DNA of 64,000 nucleotides, from NCBI GenBank assembly GCA_044376115.1, contig JBILLK010000001.1:288001-352000 (forward strand), given 5' to 3'. Origin of the DNA: Polyangiaceae bacterium (GTDB lineage: Bacteria > Myxococcota_A > Polyangia > Polyangiales > Polyangiaceae). Under the pieces are notes generated by a model. The model was not told where the DNA came from. It made no database searches and saw nothing but the letters and a program-made list of their open reading frames with translations. Position numbers and translations under genes: made by a program. The stretch's first letter is position 1. Each line of letters opens with the position of its first letter. Of the stretch, positions 12,701 through 21,909 are shown piece by piece.

Positions 12701-13599
12701 GGCAACAAGCACGCGCGCTCGCAGTGGAGGTGATCGAGGTACTCGGAGCCGCGGCGCTGCGCAATTCCAAGGATGACCTTGGTGGTAAAGCGTGCCACTT
12801 GCGGTGTCGCTCCTGGCTCGCTGCGGCCGACGGGGACTACGCCGACTGCCTCGCCTTCGACTCTGAAGCCATGCACTGTGCTGCCCAGATCGGAGACAGA
12901 AGGCTGCTTGCGACGAGCCTCAGCGACATTGGCTACGACCTCATGATGCTCGGTGCTTACGAAGAGGCAGAGGCCAACTTTCGCAGCGCCCAAGAGCTCG
13001 CTGCCCAAGTAGGCCTGCTACCGCTCGTAGCAACGATCGATCACAACCTTGGTCTCGTACTGCATCGGTTAGGCCGAGACGACGAAGCCATCGCCATGGA
13101 GACTCGGGCGTTATCCGTCGGCCGCGGCAACGGGGACCACCTGCTTTTGGCTTATTGCGATCACTACCTCGGCCAGATCTACCTCGACCGCGGCGAGTTA
13201 GACCTAGCGGAACAGCACCTCGAGAGCGCGGCACAAGGGCAAACCCACCCCGAGCTGCGGAGCGCCGTGTTGGCCAAGCTCTCACGAGTGGCGCAAAAGA
13301 AGGGCTGGCACGGCCTCGCGCGCTTGCGATTGGAGGAGGCGCTGCGGATCGCCGACCAGCTGACGATCGAAGAGGACCACCAGCTGATCCCGATCACGCA
13401 GCTCTTGTACTTTCAAGAAACGAACGACACTGAGGGGTTTCGTCGACAGCTGCGCTACACGCTCGACGCCTTGCTGCAGCGGGCCAATCGAATCCGCGAC
13501 CCACAGCGCCGTCAGTCATTTCTCGAGCGAGTTCCCGACCATCGCATTGTCATGGATGCAGCTCGTCGCGAAGGATGGGAAGCCGAACTTCCAACCTAG
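9736..13599 (+). CDS. Ser/Thr kinase fused to AAA/STAND-type NTPase and TPR repeats
   Basis: VGAGGMGTVY, VAVK, HRDIKPNN, LLDFGIA, GTPGYMAPEQ; GRERE; P-loop-like ADAGLGRTT; IAIDDVQLVD; GHPMLLKEL; helical TPR-like C-terminus. Confidence 0.88.
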   Translation: MERSLRDLVLGGRFHLETEVGAGGMGTVYRGRDLRRGDLVAVKVVRANSLELLKRLGREAEVLSELRHPCLVSFREWGALPDGGAFIAMEWIQGIELGQQLRQAPLRLPQAIAMGLGLASALALVHSRGIIHRDIKPNNVVLREGDPSRPVLLDFGIAALANLPSGLTIAGLAIGTPGYMAPEQVRGETIDERADVYGLGCLLFHAITGTAPFVGDSAVAVVSEVLLREPPRLADRTANVPQALNDLMASLLAKDRAQRPANGAELLDRLTKLSATLGRELSTTSGVSLQERRTIAVVSLNFSGPPEEPSPPSDHLDQTVVDFDEVPQSTTRNFVSPIPGAFVPALAAQFGGAVEPRPGGHALVTFSSEASAAQAAQQAARFAVQALEFAPLCGVGVAIGPSVVGAPVDAALIEHAAALADQLGTIRTDAGVRSLLGDAFEIDFSASVFRIVRSKDSTSQRKVRGRERELSLFASTARSIAKSKVQETLVLVADAGLGRTTVLREFESREYALEQPPAFIFVAGDPVRNQPMVLTRALVQRALLAYGGSLEKALEALAADPTLAHAFPVLKLMTSREHDTPDPALRPLLLDPLLLEERVATAFADLLRQLGRRCGAVTIAIDDVQLVDSASLRVLHQSLLQLRDTGVLLLLTCNQLLDPKLRAELEPCAVMRMIPLSNSAAAAMLADQLGPEFGQSRFDDIVGVAKGHPMLLKELARQALTSPNVDLSSTNLLAAMEARVARLDPDLRRVLRAASVFEGSFWETGLLQVMGDSRDSRALLNTQLNKLAEKDFVTRLAESRHAGEIEWRFVNAVARDAAYAMLSDADKMRGHALAAEWLLRVGEKEPAILARQFAFAGEKQLAAQHWLNAANQAYFHQDHAMARTLLERVLALEPDPSVSFNAKLVLAEILFWAGHFDEALGYTAEALGYFSWGTQGWLDAMGVAARCTLRQSKTSDLSPIRAMVTAVRTNPNLAPDPRSLATLVTWCLRQQARALAVEVIEVLGAAALRNSKDDLGGKACHLRCRSWLAAADGDYADCLAFDSEAMHCAAQIGDRRLLATSLSDIGYDLMMLGAYEEAEANFRSAQELAAQVGLLPLVATIDHNLGLVLHRLGRDDEAIAMETRALSVGRGNGDHLLLAYCDHYLGQIYLDRGELDLAEQHLESAAQGQTHPELRSAVLAKLSRVAQKKGWHGLARLRLEEALRIADQLTIEEDHQLIPITQLLYFQETNDTEGFRRQLRYTLDALLQRANRIRDPQRRQSFLERVPDHRIVMDAARREGWEAELPT

Positions 13600-14464
13600 C
13601 GCCCGTCCATTGAACCTCTCCACCGAGCTTCGCCGCGAGCTCGTGCAAGCTGCGATCACTCAAAACCTCCGAACTCCGCGCACCATGCGCGTCAACGGCG
13701 AACACCAGCAGCTGCGCGCGTGCAAATACCTGAAGCTGTACGACCTCCTCTTCACTGAGCTGCGCGGAGCGACGTGCCACCAGCATGAGAAACAGATGCC
13801 CGAGCGCTTCGCCGTCAACCTGAGCATGGAGCTGCTCCTGAGCGAACTTGATCTCAATCGTTTGGCCGTCACAAATACGTCGAGCCACCTGCTGCTTGGC
13901 GCGAAGGAGCGCCACGACCTCGACGCGCCGGCTCTCGCCGACATCACCGACGATTGTCTGAAGCAACCTGCCAGCGTTGGTGCAAGAGCGCGCCGCGTGC
14001 TGCGCATCTTGCGCCGCTGCCGCGAGGTCCTCCGCGGAGCTGCGCGGCCCCAGCGAACAAGCGGACGTACTTAGTAAAAAGGCCACGTTTCGCAGATCAT
14101 GCGCTAGTGCGCCGAGTTGACTCACGCTTGCTGCGTCTGGGCTTGTGGGCGGCGCTACCGTGATCACGCTCAGCCGTTGCAAACCGATGCCCTTGGTCCA
14201 CTCGCGGATCCACGTTCGGCCATCGCGCAGGCGGTAGTCGATGGTCAAGGCTGTTCCGACGCCCATACCAGCCGCGACCGCCGCTGCATAAAGCTCTTGG
14301 TCTTGCGGGAAGACGAGCTCACTGAAATTGAGCGGTGCTGTCACTCCCAACACGCGCGCTGGGTCGCCCAGAAGTACCTGCAGCGAGCGAGCTGGCCAGC
14401 GGAGCGTGCTCAAGCCAACGATGAACGGCAGTTCTGACAGTAATTCGGCGTGGGGACTCGTCAT
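13550..14464 (-). CDS. Degenerate PAS + histidine-kinase-like protein
   Basis: PAS/PAC-like segment (VFPQDQE...DYRLRDGRTWIRE), H-box-like LAHDLRN, C-terminal LGGEV..TGARLEVRLP. No clear N or G boxes. Confidence 0.5.
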   Translation of the reverse strand: MTSPHAELLSELPFIVGLSTLRWPARSLQVLLGDPARVLGVTAPLNFSELVFPQDQELYAAAVAAGMGVGTALTIDYRLRDGRTWIREWTKGIGLQRLSVITVAPPTSPDAASVSQLGALAHDLRNVAFLLSTSACSLGPRSSAEDLAAAAQDAQHAARSCTNAGRLLQTIVGDVGESRRVEVVALLRAKQQVARRICDGQTIEIKFAQEQLHAQVDGEALGHLFLMLVARRSAQLSEEEVVQLQVFARAQLLVFAVDAHGARSSEVLSDRSLHELAAKLGGEVQWTGARLEVRLPILRDELHP

Positions 14465-14574
14465 CGCGGCGCGAGTTTGCCACCGTTTTCACCAATCACT
14501 CGCGCCAAAAGCCCGGGAGCCGGCCAACAGAGGTCATTGCCGACGGCGAGAGTTCATCCTAGAAAGTTCGGACC

Positions 14575-17226
14575 ATGAACAGCTTTGGAACGCGCGGCTC
14601 ACTCGCTGCCAACGGCAAGACGTACACCCTCTACCGGCTCGACAATCTGAGCGCCCACGCAGACGCAGTGAAGAAGCTGCCGTGGTCGATGAAGATCCTG
14701 CTGGAGAACCTGCTCCGCAAGGAAGACGGCCGCGTTGTGCGCAAGGAGCACATCGAATCGGTGCTCAATTGGCAGCCGACGAAGGCTCCCGACGAGGAGA
14801 TCTCCTTCTACCCCGCGCGCGTGCTGATGCAGGATTTCACCGGTGTGCCCGCCGTCGCCGATTTGGCCGCCATGCGAGAAGCGCTGGCCAAGATGGGCGG
14901 TGACCCCGCCCGCATCAACCCGCTCGAGCAGGCCGATCTCGTGATCGACCATTCGATTCAGGTCGATCATTACGCCACCCCCCTCGCGCCGAAGCTCAAC
15001 ACCGATCTCGAGTACGAGCGCAACACCGAGCGCTACGTGTTCCTGCGCTGGGGCCAGAGCGCCCTTTCCAACTTCAACGTGGTCCCGCCCTCGACGGGCA
15101 TCTGCCACCAGGTGAACCTCGAGTACCTGGCCAAGGTCGTCTACGAGAAGGACGGCGTTGTGTACCCCGACACGCTGGTCGGTACCGACTCGCACACCGT
15201 GATGGTCAACGGCATGGGCGTGGTTGGTTGGGGCGTCGGCGGCATCGAAGCAGAGGCGGCCATGCTGGGCCAGCCCTGCACCATGCTCTTGCCGCAGGTC
15301 GTCGGCTTCCGCTTGGTAGGCAAGCCCAAGGAAGGCACCACCGCGACCGACATCGTGCTCACCGCCACCCAGATGCTGCGTAAGAAGGGCGTCGTCGGGA
15401 AGTTCGTCGAGTTCTTCGGCAGCGGCGTTTCGGCTCTTTCGCTCGAGGTGCGCGCGACGATCTCGAACATGGCGCCCGAGTACGGAGCCACCATCGGCTT
15501 CTTCGCCGTGGATGAAGCGACCTTGCAGTACCTGCGTTTGACCGGTCGCTCGGATGAGCACGTCGCTCTCGTCGAGGCCTACTCGAAGGCCCAGGGCCTC
15601 TGGTTCGATCCCGCGGCGGAGCCCAGCTACTCCGACGTGCTCGAGCTCGATCTGAGCACGGTGGAGCCTTCACTCGCCGGCCCCAAGCGCCCGCAGGATC
15701 GCGTGCCGCTGTCCGACATGAAGACGGCCTACAACGCCGCGCTCAAGCCGATGATCGAGGGCAAAGAGGCCGTCGAGGTTCCGGTCGAGCTGAACGGAAA
15801 GTCGTTCAAGCTCGCGAACGGCAAAGCGGTGATCGCCGCCATCACCTCCTGCACCAATACGTCCAACCCGGCCGTCTTGATCGGTGCAGGGTTGCTCGCG
15901 AAGAAGGCCGTGGAGAAGGGCCTGACTGCAAAGCCGTGGGTCAAGACCTCACTCGCACCTGGCTCGCAGGTCGTCACCGACTACCTCGCTGCAGCGGGGC
16001 TGCTCAGCTACCTCGATCAGGTCGGCTTCAACGTCGTCGGCTATGGCTGCACCACCTGTATCGGTAACTCCGGGCCGCTCCCGACTCCGGTCTCCGACGC
16101 AGTGGAGAAGGGTGACCTCGTGGTTGCCAGCGTTCTCTCCGGCAACCGTAACTTCGAGGGTCGCGTGAACCCCCACGTGCGCATGAACTTCCTCGCTTCA
16201 CCGCCGCTCGTGGTGGCGTACGCGCTGCGCGGCGACGTCGACGGCGATCTGACGAAGGAGCCGCTCGGCCAAGGCAAAGACGGTCAGGACGTTTACCTGA
16301 AGGACATCTGGCCGACCGACGCGGAGATCCAAGAGGCCACCGAGCGAGCCGTAAAGCCGGAGCAATATCGCCAACGTTATGCCTCGGTATTCGAGGGCGA
16401 TCAGGCTTGGCGCGGGCTCAAGGTTCCGGAGGGCCAGATCTTCCAGTGGGACGCCGCCAGCACCTACGTGCGTCGGCCGCCGTTCTTCGACGATATGCCG
16501 GCCGAGCCGCTTCCGACCACCAACGTCGTCGGCGCGCGCTGCCTCGCCGTCCTCGGGGATTCGATCACCACGGATCACATCTCCCCGGCCGGTAACATCT
16601 CCAAATCGAGCCCGGCTGCCGCGTACCTGACCGAGCGCGGAGTAGCACGCGCAGACTTCAACTCGTACGGCGCGCGACGTGGCAATCACGAGGTGATGAT
16701 GCGCGGAACCTTCGCGAACATCCGCCTCAAGAACCTGATGCTGGGTGGCAAAGAGGGCGGACTCTCGGTTCACATTCCGAGCGGCGAAGAAGGGTCGATC
16801 TTCGACGTGGCGATGAAGTACCAAGCGGAGAGCACGCCCTTGATCGTGATCGCCGGCAGTGAGTACGGCACCGGGTCCTCGCGTGATTGGGCCGCCAAAG
16901 GCACCAAGCTGCTCGGCGTACGCGCCGTCATCGCTAAGAGCTTCGAGCGCATCCACCGCTCGAACCTCGTCGGCATGGGCGTATTGCCGCTCGAGTTTGA
17001 CGCGGGGCAAGACGCTGCGTCGCTCGGGCTCGATGGCCGTGAGACCTTCACCATCACCGGGGTTGAGAGCCTCGCGCCCAAGAAGCGGCTCGAAGTCAAG
17101 GCTGTCTCGGCCTCAGGCGAGAAGAGCTTCACGGTAACCGCACGCATCGATACGCCGAACGAGGTGGACTACTTCGCTCACGGCGGCATCCTCGTCTACA
17201 TGCTGCGCCAGCTCGCCAAAGGCTGA
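14575..17226 (+). CDS. acnA: Aconitate hydratase A
   Basis: [71 protein letters not shown]; 883 aa. Confidence 0.98.
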   Translation: MNSFGTRGSLAANGKTYTLYRLDNLSAHADAVKKLPWSMKILLENLLRKEDGRVVRKEHIESVLNWQPTKAPDEEISFYPARVLMQDFTGVPAVADLAAMREALAKMGGDPARINPLEQADLVIDHSIQVDHYATPLAPKLNTDLEYERNTERYVFLRWGQSALSNFNVVPPSTGICHQVNLEYLAKVVYEKDGVVYPDTLVGTDSHTVMVNGMGVVGWGVGGIEAEAAMLGQPCTMLLPQVVGFRLVGKPKEGTTATDIVLTATQMLRKKGVVGKFVEFFGSGVSALSLEVRATISNMAPEYGATIGFFAVDEATLQYLRLTGRSDEHVALVEAYSKAQGLWFDPAAEPSYSDVLELDLSTVEPSLAGPKRPQDRVPLSDMKTAYNAALKPMIEGKEAVEVPVELNGKSFKLANGKAVIAAITSCTNTSNPAVLIGAGLLAKKAVEKGLTAKPWVKTSLAPGSQVVTDYLAAAGLLSYLDQVGFNVVGYGCTTCIGNSGPLPTPVSDAVEKGDLVVASVLSGNRNFEGRVNPHVRMNFLASPPLVVAYALRGDVDGDLTKEPLGQGKDGQDVYLKDIWPTDAEIQEATERAVKPEQYRQRYASVFEGDQAWRGLKVPEGQIFQWDAASTYVRRPPFFDDMPAEPLPTTNVVGARCLAVLGDSITTDHISPAGNISKSSPAAAYLTERGVARADFNSYGARRGNHEVMMRGTFANIRLKNLMLGGKEGGLSVHIPSGEEGSIFDVAMKYQAESTPLIVIAGSEYGTGSSRDWAAKGTKLLGVRAVIAKSFERIHRSNLVGMGVLPLEFDAGQDAASLGLDGRETFTITGVESLAPKKRLEVKAVSASGEKSFTVTARIDTPNEVDYFAHGGILVYMLRQLAKG

Positions 17227-17263
17227 TCCGCGCGCAGCTCGCGCGTTCACCTGCATTGCGAGA

Positions 17264-17298
17264 ACGCCGTCCGAGGGTCGACCTCGGGCGGCGTCTTC
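17264..17298 (+). terminator. Hairpin downstream of acnA (probable terminator)
   Basis: ACGCCGTCCGAGG-gtcga-CCTCGGGCGGCGT stem-loop; weak U-tail. Confidence 0.5.
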
Positions 17299-17363
17299 GT
17301 CTCTGGCCGGCCGGCCCAAACGCGTACTGGATTTGCAGCGCGAAACCATCTTATGAAGGAAGC

Positions 17364-17759
17364 ATGAATAAGCTCACCCTCGGCGGTTCTCTTGGCTTCG
17401 CGGTGCTCGTCGCGCTCTCCGGCTGCGGTGATGACAGCTCGAGCAGCAGCGGTACGGGCGCAGCTGGCGGCTCCGGCGGCGCGGGCGGGAACGCAGCCGG
17501 CGGCAACGCAGGCACCGGCGGGGCGAGCGTTTGTGAGACCTCCTGTGAAGAAGGCAAGAGCTGCCCACAGGCGGATCCAAACGCGGACTGCACCGCCAAC
17601 TGCGATGCCTCACTCGCGGTCGCTGAGTCATCGGGCTGCGTCACTGAGTACAACGTGTTTGTCGAGTGCTACGCCGCCCAGCCGGATCTCTGCAACCCGG
17701 TAGAAGGCGCGTGCGCGGCTGAGTCGGATGCCTACGCGCTGTGCCGCTCGGAGATGTAA
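17364..17759 (+). CDS. Small Cys-rich lipoprotein
   Basis: ATG after AAGGA; lipobox LSGC-GDD; Ser/Gly linker; 10-Cys C-terminal domain. Confidence 0.8.
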   Translation: MNKLTLGGSLGFAVLVALSGCGDDSSSSSGTGAAGGSGGAGGNAAGGNAGTGGASVCETSCEEGKSCPQADPNADCTANCDASLAVAESSGCVTEYNVFVECYAAQPDLCNPVEGACAAESDAYALCRSEM

Positions 17760-17797
17760 CGTCGCTCGGAGATGTGACGTCGCTCGGAGATGTAACG
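17745..17797. repeat. Tandem repeat, 3 x 18 bp (CGCTCGGAGATGT[A/G]ACGT)
   Basis: Copies start at 17745, 17763 and 17781 (the last is 17 bp). The repeat spans the lipoprotein stop codon and fills the gap to the convergent gene. Confidence 0.95.
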
Positions 17798-17798
17798 C

Positions 17799-18749
17799 TC
17801 AACCACCCGCTTTACGGCGCAAGAAGCAGTCGTCATCGATCTTTTGCTTCTTGCGCAAGAGCCGGGTGGCCTCGACGAACTTCTGCGACACCGGGTCGTG
17901 GTAGCCGCTGACGAGCGGCAACTCTGGCAGTTGTCTTTGGTAGTGGGACGCCACGCGCTCCATCAGCACTTCACGCAGGTACTTGCCAACGAGCGAGGCC
18001 ATCGACACGAGCATGTCGGAGGCGTCTGCGTCCTCGACGAAGTGCAGCTCGCCGACGCCAGGAAAGAAGTACGAGCTGCGTGACTTCTCCTCCTGAAGCA
18101 CGCTGCGCAGGCGCCCGCCCAGCGGGCCGAAGGCGGGTTCATACTGACGGAAGCCGCCGACCTTTCCGCAGACGGCGACCACAGGGCTTTCGACCTGTTC
18201 TACGAACGAGAGCACCAGCCGCTCCATGGCGTGCAGGTCAACCACGAAGCGGGAGCGCCCAGCGTCGAGCAGCCGATTGAGCCGTTGGTTGCAGATGATG
18301 GCCGAGCGCACCGCTTGGAAGACCACACCCTTGCCCTCGAGGAAGATGAGATCGCGTTCGGCCTGCTTCAGGAGTTCGTCCTCCGCTTTGAAGCTCTCGT
18401 GGCTGCTCGACCAACACTGCGGCTCGACCTGCTTCGGACAGATCGAGCGCAGCTCGCTCTCCGGATCGAGCGAGACGAGCGTGATCACCTCTGCGATCGA
18501 TTGCGGATCTTTGCCTGTGGTCCGACGCAAGAGCACCCGCGTCCACGCTTCCGCTAGCGCGACATTTCCGTGCGCCACGAGGGCCTTCGAGTCCCCCAAG
18601 CGCTCGCGAATTTTTCCGCGCAACTTGCCCTCGACAGCAGCGCGGCCCTTTTCGGTCACCTTGGCCAAGACCGCTGTCGTCAACATCGGACCGAGCAACG
18701 AGCCGAGACCATTTTCATCCGCTCCAACGCGGTAGCTGTGTTGGCTCAA
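17799..18749 (-). CDS. Divergent ribonuclease HII-like protein
   Basis: VGADENGLGSLLGPM (cf. GxDEAGRGxxxGP), DSK, DADASDMLVSMASLVGKY (cf. KAD...VAAASILAK), SGY. Confidence 0.65.
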   Translation of the reverse strand: MSQHSYRVGADENGLGSLLGPMLTTAVLAKVTEKGRAAVEGKLRGKIRERLGDSKALVAHGNVALAEAWTRVLLRRTTGKDPQSIAEVITLVSLDPESELRSICPKQVEPQCWSSSHESFKAEDELLKQAERDLIFLEGKGVVFQAVRSAIICNQRLNRLLDAGRSRFVVDLHAMERLVLSFVEQVESPVVAVCGKVGGFRQYEPAFGPLGGRLRSVLQEEKSRSSYFFPGVGELHFVEDADASDMLVSMASLVGKYLREVLMERVASHYQRQLPELPLVSGYHDPVSQKFVEATRLLRKKQKIDDDCFLRRKAGG

Positions 18750-20653
18750 GCGGTCTCTCGCACGACGGGGCCACTCTCGGGACGGCTGGACATCTCTTCG
18801 GCAGTGACCTCAATCACTTGCTCGTAGCTCGTCTCACCGGCGAGCAATTTCTTGATCGCGCACTCGCGGAGCGTGAGCATGCCGTCCTTCTTGGCCTGGC
18901 TCTTGATCTCATTTTCGGGCGCGCGATCATGGATCATGCGCCGAATGATCGGCGTCACGCCAAAGAGCTCGACGATCGCCGTTCGGCCGCGATAGCCCGT
19001 TTTGCGACAGTCCGCGCAGCCCTCGCCATAGCGCACCAAGATCGATCCGTTCGTGCAGTCGAGGCCGAGCGTCGTGGCCTCTTCGTCGGTGAGGACGCGC
19101 TCGGTCGCACAGTTCGAGCAGATGCGCTTGACCAAACGTTGCGCCATCACCCCGGTCAACGTGGACGCGAGCAGAAAGTCCTGCACGCCAATGTCGAGCA
19201 GGCGCGTCACGGCAGAAGCTGCATCGTTCGTGTGCAGGGTAGAGAACACCAAGTGGCCGGTAAGCGAGGCTTGAATGGCGTGCCGCGCCGTCTCCAGATC
19301 GCGGATCTCACCGACCATGATGATGTCGGGGTCTTGGCGCAGAATGGTCCGAAGAATCTCGGCAAATCCGAGCCCGATGTGGGGCATCACAGCCGTCTGA
19401 TTGATGCCTTCGAACACGTTCTCGATCGGGTCCTCGATGGTCGTGATGTTCACGTCCTCATGGGCCAGCTTGCGCAGCGCCGTGTACAAGCTCGTCGTCT
19501 TTCCAGAGCCAGTGGGGCCGGTGACCAGCAGGATGCCGTGAGGCCGATGAATCAGCGACTCGAAGACGTCCTTGTCCCGCTGAAGAAAGCCCAAGGTGTC
19601 GAGGTCGGCGCTGACCATCGCCGGATCGAAGAGCCGCAGCACCATCTTTTCGCCGAAGGCGACGGGCAGCGTGGAGACGCGGATATCGATCGCCTTGCCC
19701 TCGAACTCGGTCTTGATGCGGCCGTCCTGCGGCTTGCGTTTCTCGGCGATGTCGAGCCGCGACAACGTCTTGATGCGGTTGATGAAGGCGTTGTGAACCA
19801 CCCGCGGAACGCGCGAGACCACCGATAGCGAGCCGTCGATGCGAAAGCGACACAGGCTCTCGGTGCGCTTCGGCTCGATGTGAATATCGCTCGCGCGCTG
19901 ACTGAGCGCATAGCGCAAGAGGTAGTCGACCGCGTGCACCACGTGCTCGTCGGAGGCCTCGATCTCCTGATCCGACTTCATGCGCACGAACTGCTCGAGG
20001 TTGCCGAGATCGATGCCGCCGGTGATCTGCTGCTCGGCCTTCTGCACCGATTGCCGGAAGCCGTAGAACTCGGTGATCAGCCGCTCGATGTCCGACTTGG
20101 AGGAGATCACCAGCGCGATGCGCTTTTGGGTGACTCGCTCAACCGACTCTTGCGCCCACTGATCGAACGGATTGAACGTGGCTACGCGCAGTACGCCACC
20201 CTCTTCATCCAACGCGAGGTAGCCGTTCTTGCGAGCAAACGGCTTCGACACCGTGCGCACGGCGAAGGCCGGATCGAGCTTGAGCGGGTCGAGCTTCACG
20301 TAGGGAAGGCCAACCAACCCCGCCCATACCTCGGTCACCAAATCTTCACGCAGCGGCTTCTCATCGAGCCCCTTCTCGTTGAACGAGAGGAACACCTCGA
20401 GCGCGGTGGGCGTGGGCGCAACCTGCCCCACCGATCCGGCGAGTTTGGCCTCCGCGAGCTTGGCGCGCGACAGGCGGCTGCGCTCGGCCTCGAAGTTCGA
20501 CAGCAGATTGTCCGCGCGATTCGCGGGAAGGTGGCCCGCGGCGATCATCGCTGCCACGAGCTGCTCGAAACTGCCGGGTTGAACCCGATTCGACGGCGGG
20601 GCCGGATTCTCGATCCCTCGCCGCGGAGGGGGCGGAGGCGGCCGCGGAACCAT
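18746..20653 (-). CDS. GspE/PilB-family secretion ATPase
   Basis: ASDIHIEP, LDIAEKRKPQDGR, GPTGSGKTT, TIEDPIE, LRQDPDIIMVGEIRD, GHLVFSTLHTN, CxxC...CxxC, GYRGR. Confidence 0.93.
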   Translation of the reverse strand: MVPRPPPPPPRRGIENPAPPSNRVQPGSFEQLVAAMIAAGHLPANRADNLLSNFEAERSRLSRAKLAEAKLAGSVGQVAPTPTALEVFLSFNEKGLDEKPLREDLVTEVWAGLVGLPYVKLDPLKLDPAFAVRTVSKPFARKNGYLALDEEGGVLRVATFNPFDQWAQESVERVTQKRIALVISSKSDIERLITEFYGFRQSVQKAEQQITGGIDLGNLEQFVRMKSDQEIEASDEHVVHAVDYLLRYALSQRASDIHIEPKRTESLCRFRIDGSLSVVSRVPRVVHNAFINRIKTLSRLDIAEKRKPQDGRIKTEFEGKAIDIRVSTLPVAFGEKMVLRLFDPAMVSADLDTLGFLQRDKDVFESLIHRPHGILLVTGPTGSGKTTSLYTALRKLAHEDVNITTIEDPIENVFEGINQTAVMPHIGLGFAEILRTILRQDPDIIMVGEIRDLETARHAIQASLTGHLVFSTLHTNDAASAVTRLLDIGVQDFLLASTLTGVMAQRLVKRICSNCATERVLTDEEATTLGLDCTNGSILVRYGEGCADCRKTGYRGRTAIVELFGVTPIIRRMIHDRAPENEIKSQAKKDGMLTLRECAIKKLLAGETSYEQVIEVTAEEMSSRPESGPVVRETA

Positions 20654-21141
20654 TAGGCGCTCGCCAGCTTCTTCTCGAAGACGACGCGCGCGCGACCGTG
20701 ACCCGCGTAATCGTCGATCGTGCTGACCGCATAGCCGAGCGCCAGGTGAAAGCGGATCGACCCCTCGTTGCCGTGCGTCGTGATGGCCTTGAGGCCCACG
20801 CAGCCCTCAGCGATCGAAGCCTGTTCGAAAGCCTCGTACATGCCCCGCGCTACGCCCTTGCGCCGGTGTGCAGGGTGAATACCGACGAGATGTACGTAGC
20901 CAATCTTGGAACCAGGAGGTTTTGCTTTGGGCGTACCGCCGACGTGGCTCTCCGACACGAAGCCAAGCAGAAACCCAACGATGCCAGCGTCATCAAGCTC
21001 AGCGACGCGCGCAAGCCGGCCGAGCTCATAAAAGAAAAGGGGATGAGCAAGCGCCGTGGAGGGCCCCTCCCACCACTCATCGATCACGCTCACAATGGTG
21101 TCGTAGTCCTGTTTGTTGAGCGGACGAGTAACGATCGACAT
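20653..21141 (-). CDS. GNAT-family N-acetyltransferase
   Basis: IVGFLLG, YVHLVGIHPAHRRKGVA (acetyl-CoA motif A), NEGSIRFHLALG. Confidence 0.88.
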   Translation of the reverse strand: MSIVTRPLNKQDYDTIVSVIDEWWEGPSTALAHPLFFYELGRLARVAELDDAGIVGFLLGFVSESHVGGTPKAKPPGSKIGYVHLVGIHPAHRRKGVARGMYEAFEQASIAEGCVGLKAITTHGNEGSIRFHLALGYAVSTIDDYAGHGRARVVFEKKLASA

Positions 21142-21192
21142 TGGTAACTGAGCCTAGCAGTCCGAGTATCGTCGGGATATGCCTTTGGCCGA

Positions 21193-21909
21193 ATGAAATC
21201 CCCTGAAACAGTGCTGATTGCGCCCTCGATCTTGTCTGCGGATTTTGCGCGCTTGGGGACCGAGGTGCAGGCCGTCAGCGAGGCTGGCGCCGACTGGATT
21301 CACGTCGATGTGATGGATGGACGTTTCGTGCCCAACCTGACGATCGGTCCGCTGGTGGTGGAGGCCGTACGTCAGACCACCAACTTGCCGCTCGACGTTC
21401 ATCTGATGATGGTCGAGCCCGAGCGGATGATCGCTGACTTCGCTCACGCCGGCGCCGATCGGATCCTCGTTCATGTGGAGGCCTCACCTCATCTCGCACG
21501 CACGCTGGAGGCGATTCGGAAGCTCGGTAAGAAGGCCGGCGTCGTGCTCAACCCCCACACGCATGAAAGCTCCATCAGCGAGGTGCTCGAGCTGCTCGAC
21601 CAAATCCTCGTGATGTCGGTCAACCCGGGCTTTGGCGGGCAAGCCTTCCTGCCGTTGGTGTTGCCCAAGGTCGCGCGGTTGCGCCGAATGATCGACGAGG
21701 CAGAGGCCTCGATTGCGCTGGAGATCGATGGCGGCGTATCTGCGGCCAACGCCGGGCTTTTGTACCAGCACGGCGCGCGAGCTTTGGTCGCTGGGAACGC
21801 CATCTTCGGCGCGCGCAAGACGCTGGGAGTCGAGGCCACGGTCAGCGAGCGAGCCCACGTCTACAAGGCCGCCATCGCGGAGATCCGCCGGCAAGCGATG
21901 TCCGAGTGA
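21193..21909 (+). CDS. rpe: Ribulose-phosphate 3-epimerase
   Basis: IAPSILSADF, IHVDVMDGRFVPNLTIG, DVHLM, MSVNPGFGGQ, IDGGV. Confidence 0.97.
   Translation: MKSPETVLIAPSILSADFARLGTEVQAVSEAGADWIHVDVMDGRFVPNLTIGPLVVEAVRQTTNLPLDVHLMMVEPERMIADFAHAGADRILVHVEASPHLARTLEAIRKLGKKAGVVLNPHTHESSISEVLELLDQILVMSVNPGFGGQAFLPLVLPKVARLRRMIDEAEASIALEIDGGVSAANAGLLYQHGARALVAGNAIFGARKTLGVEATVSERAHVYKAAIAEIRRQAMSE

Noticed and set aside
17745..17797. Possible mini-CRISPR array
   Set aside because: The units are contiguous with no spacers, only 18 bp long, and there are no cas genes.
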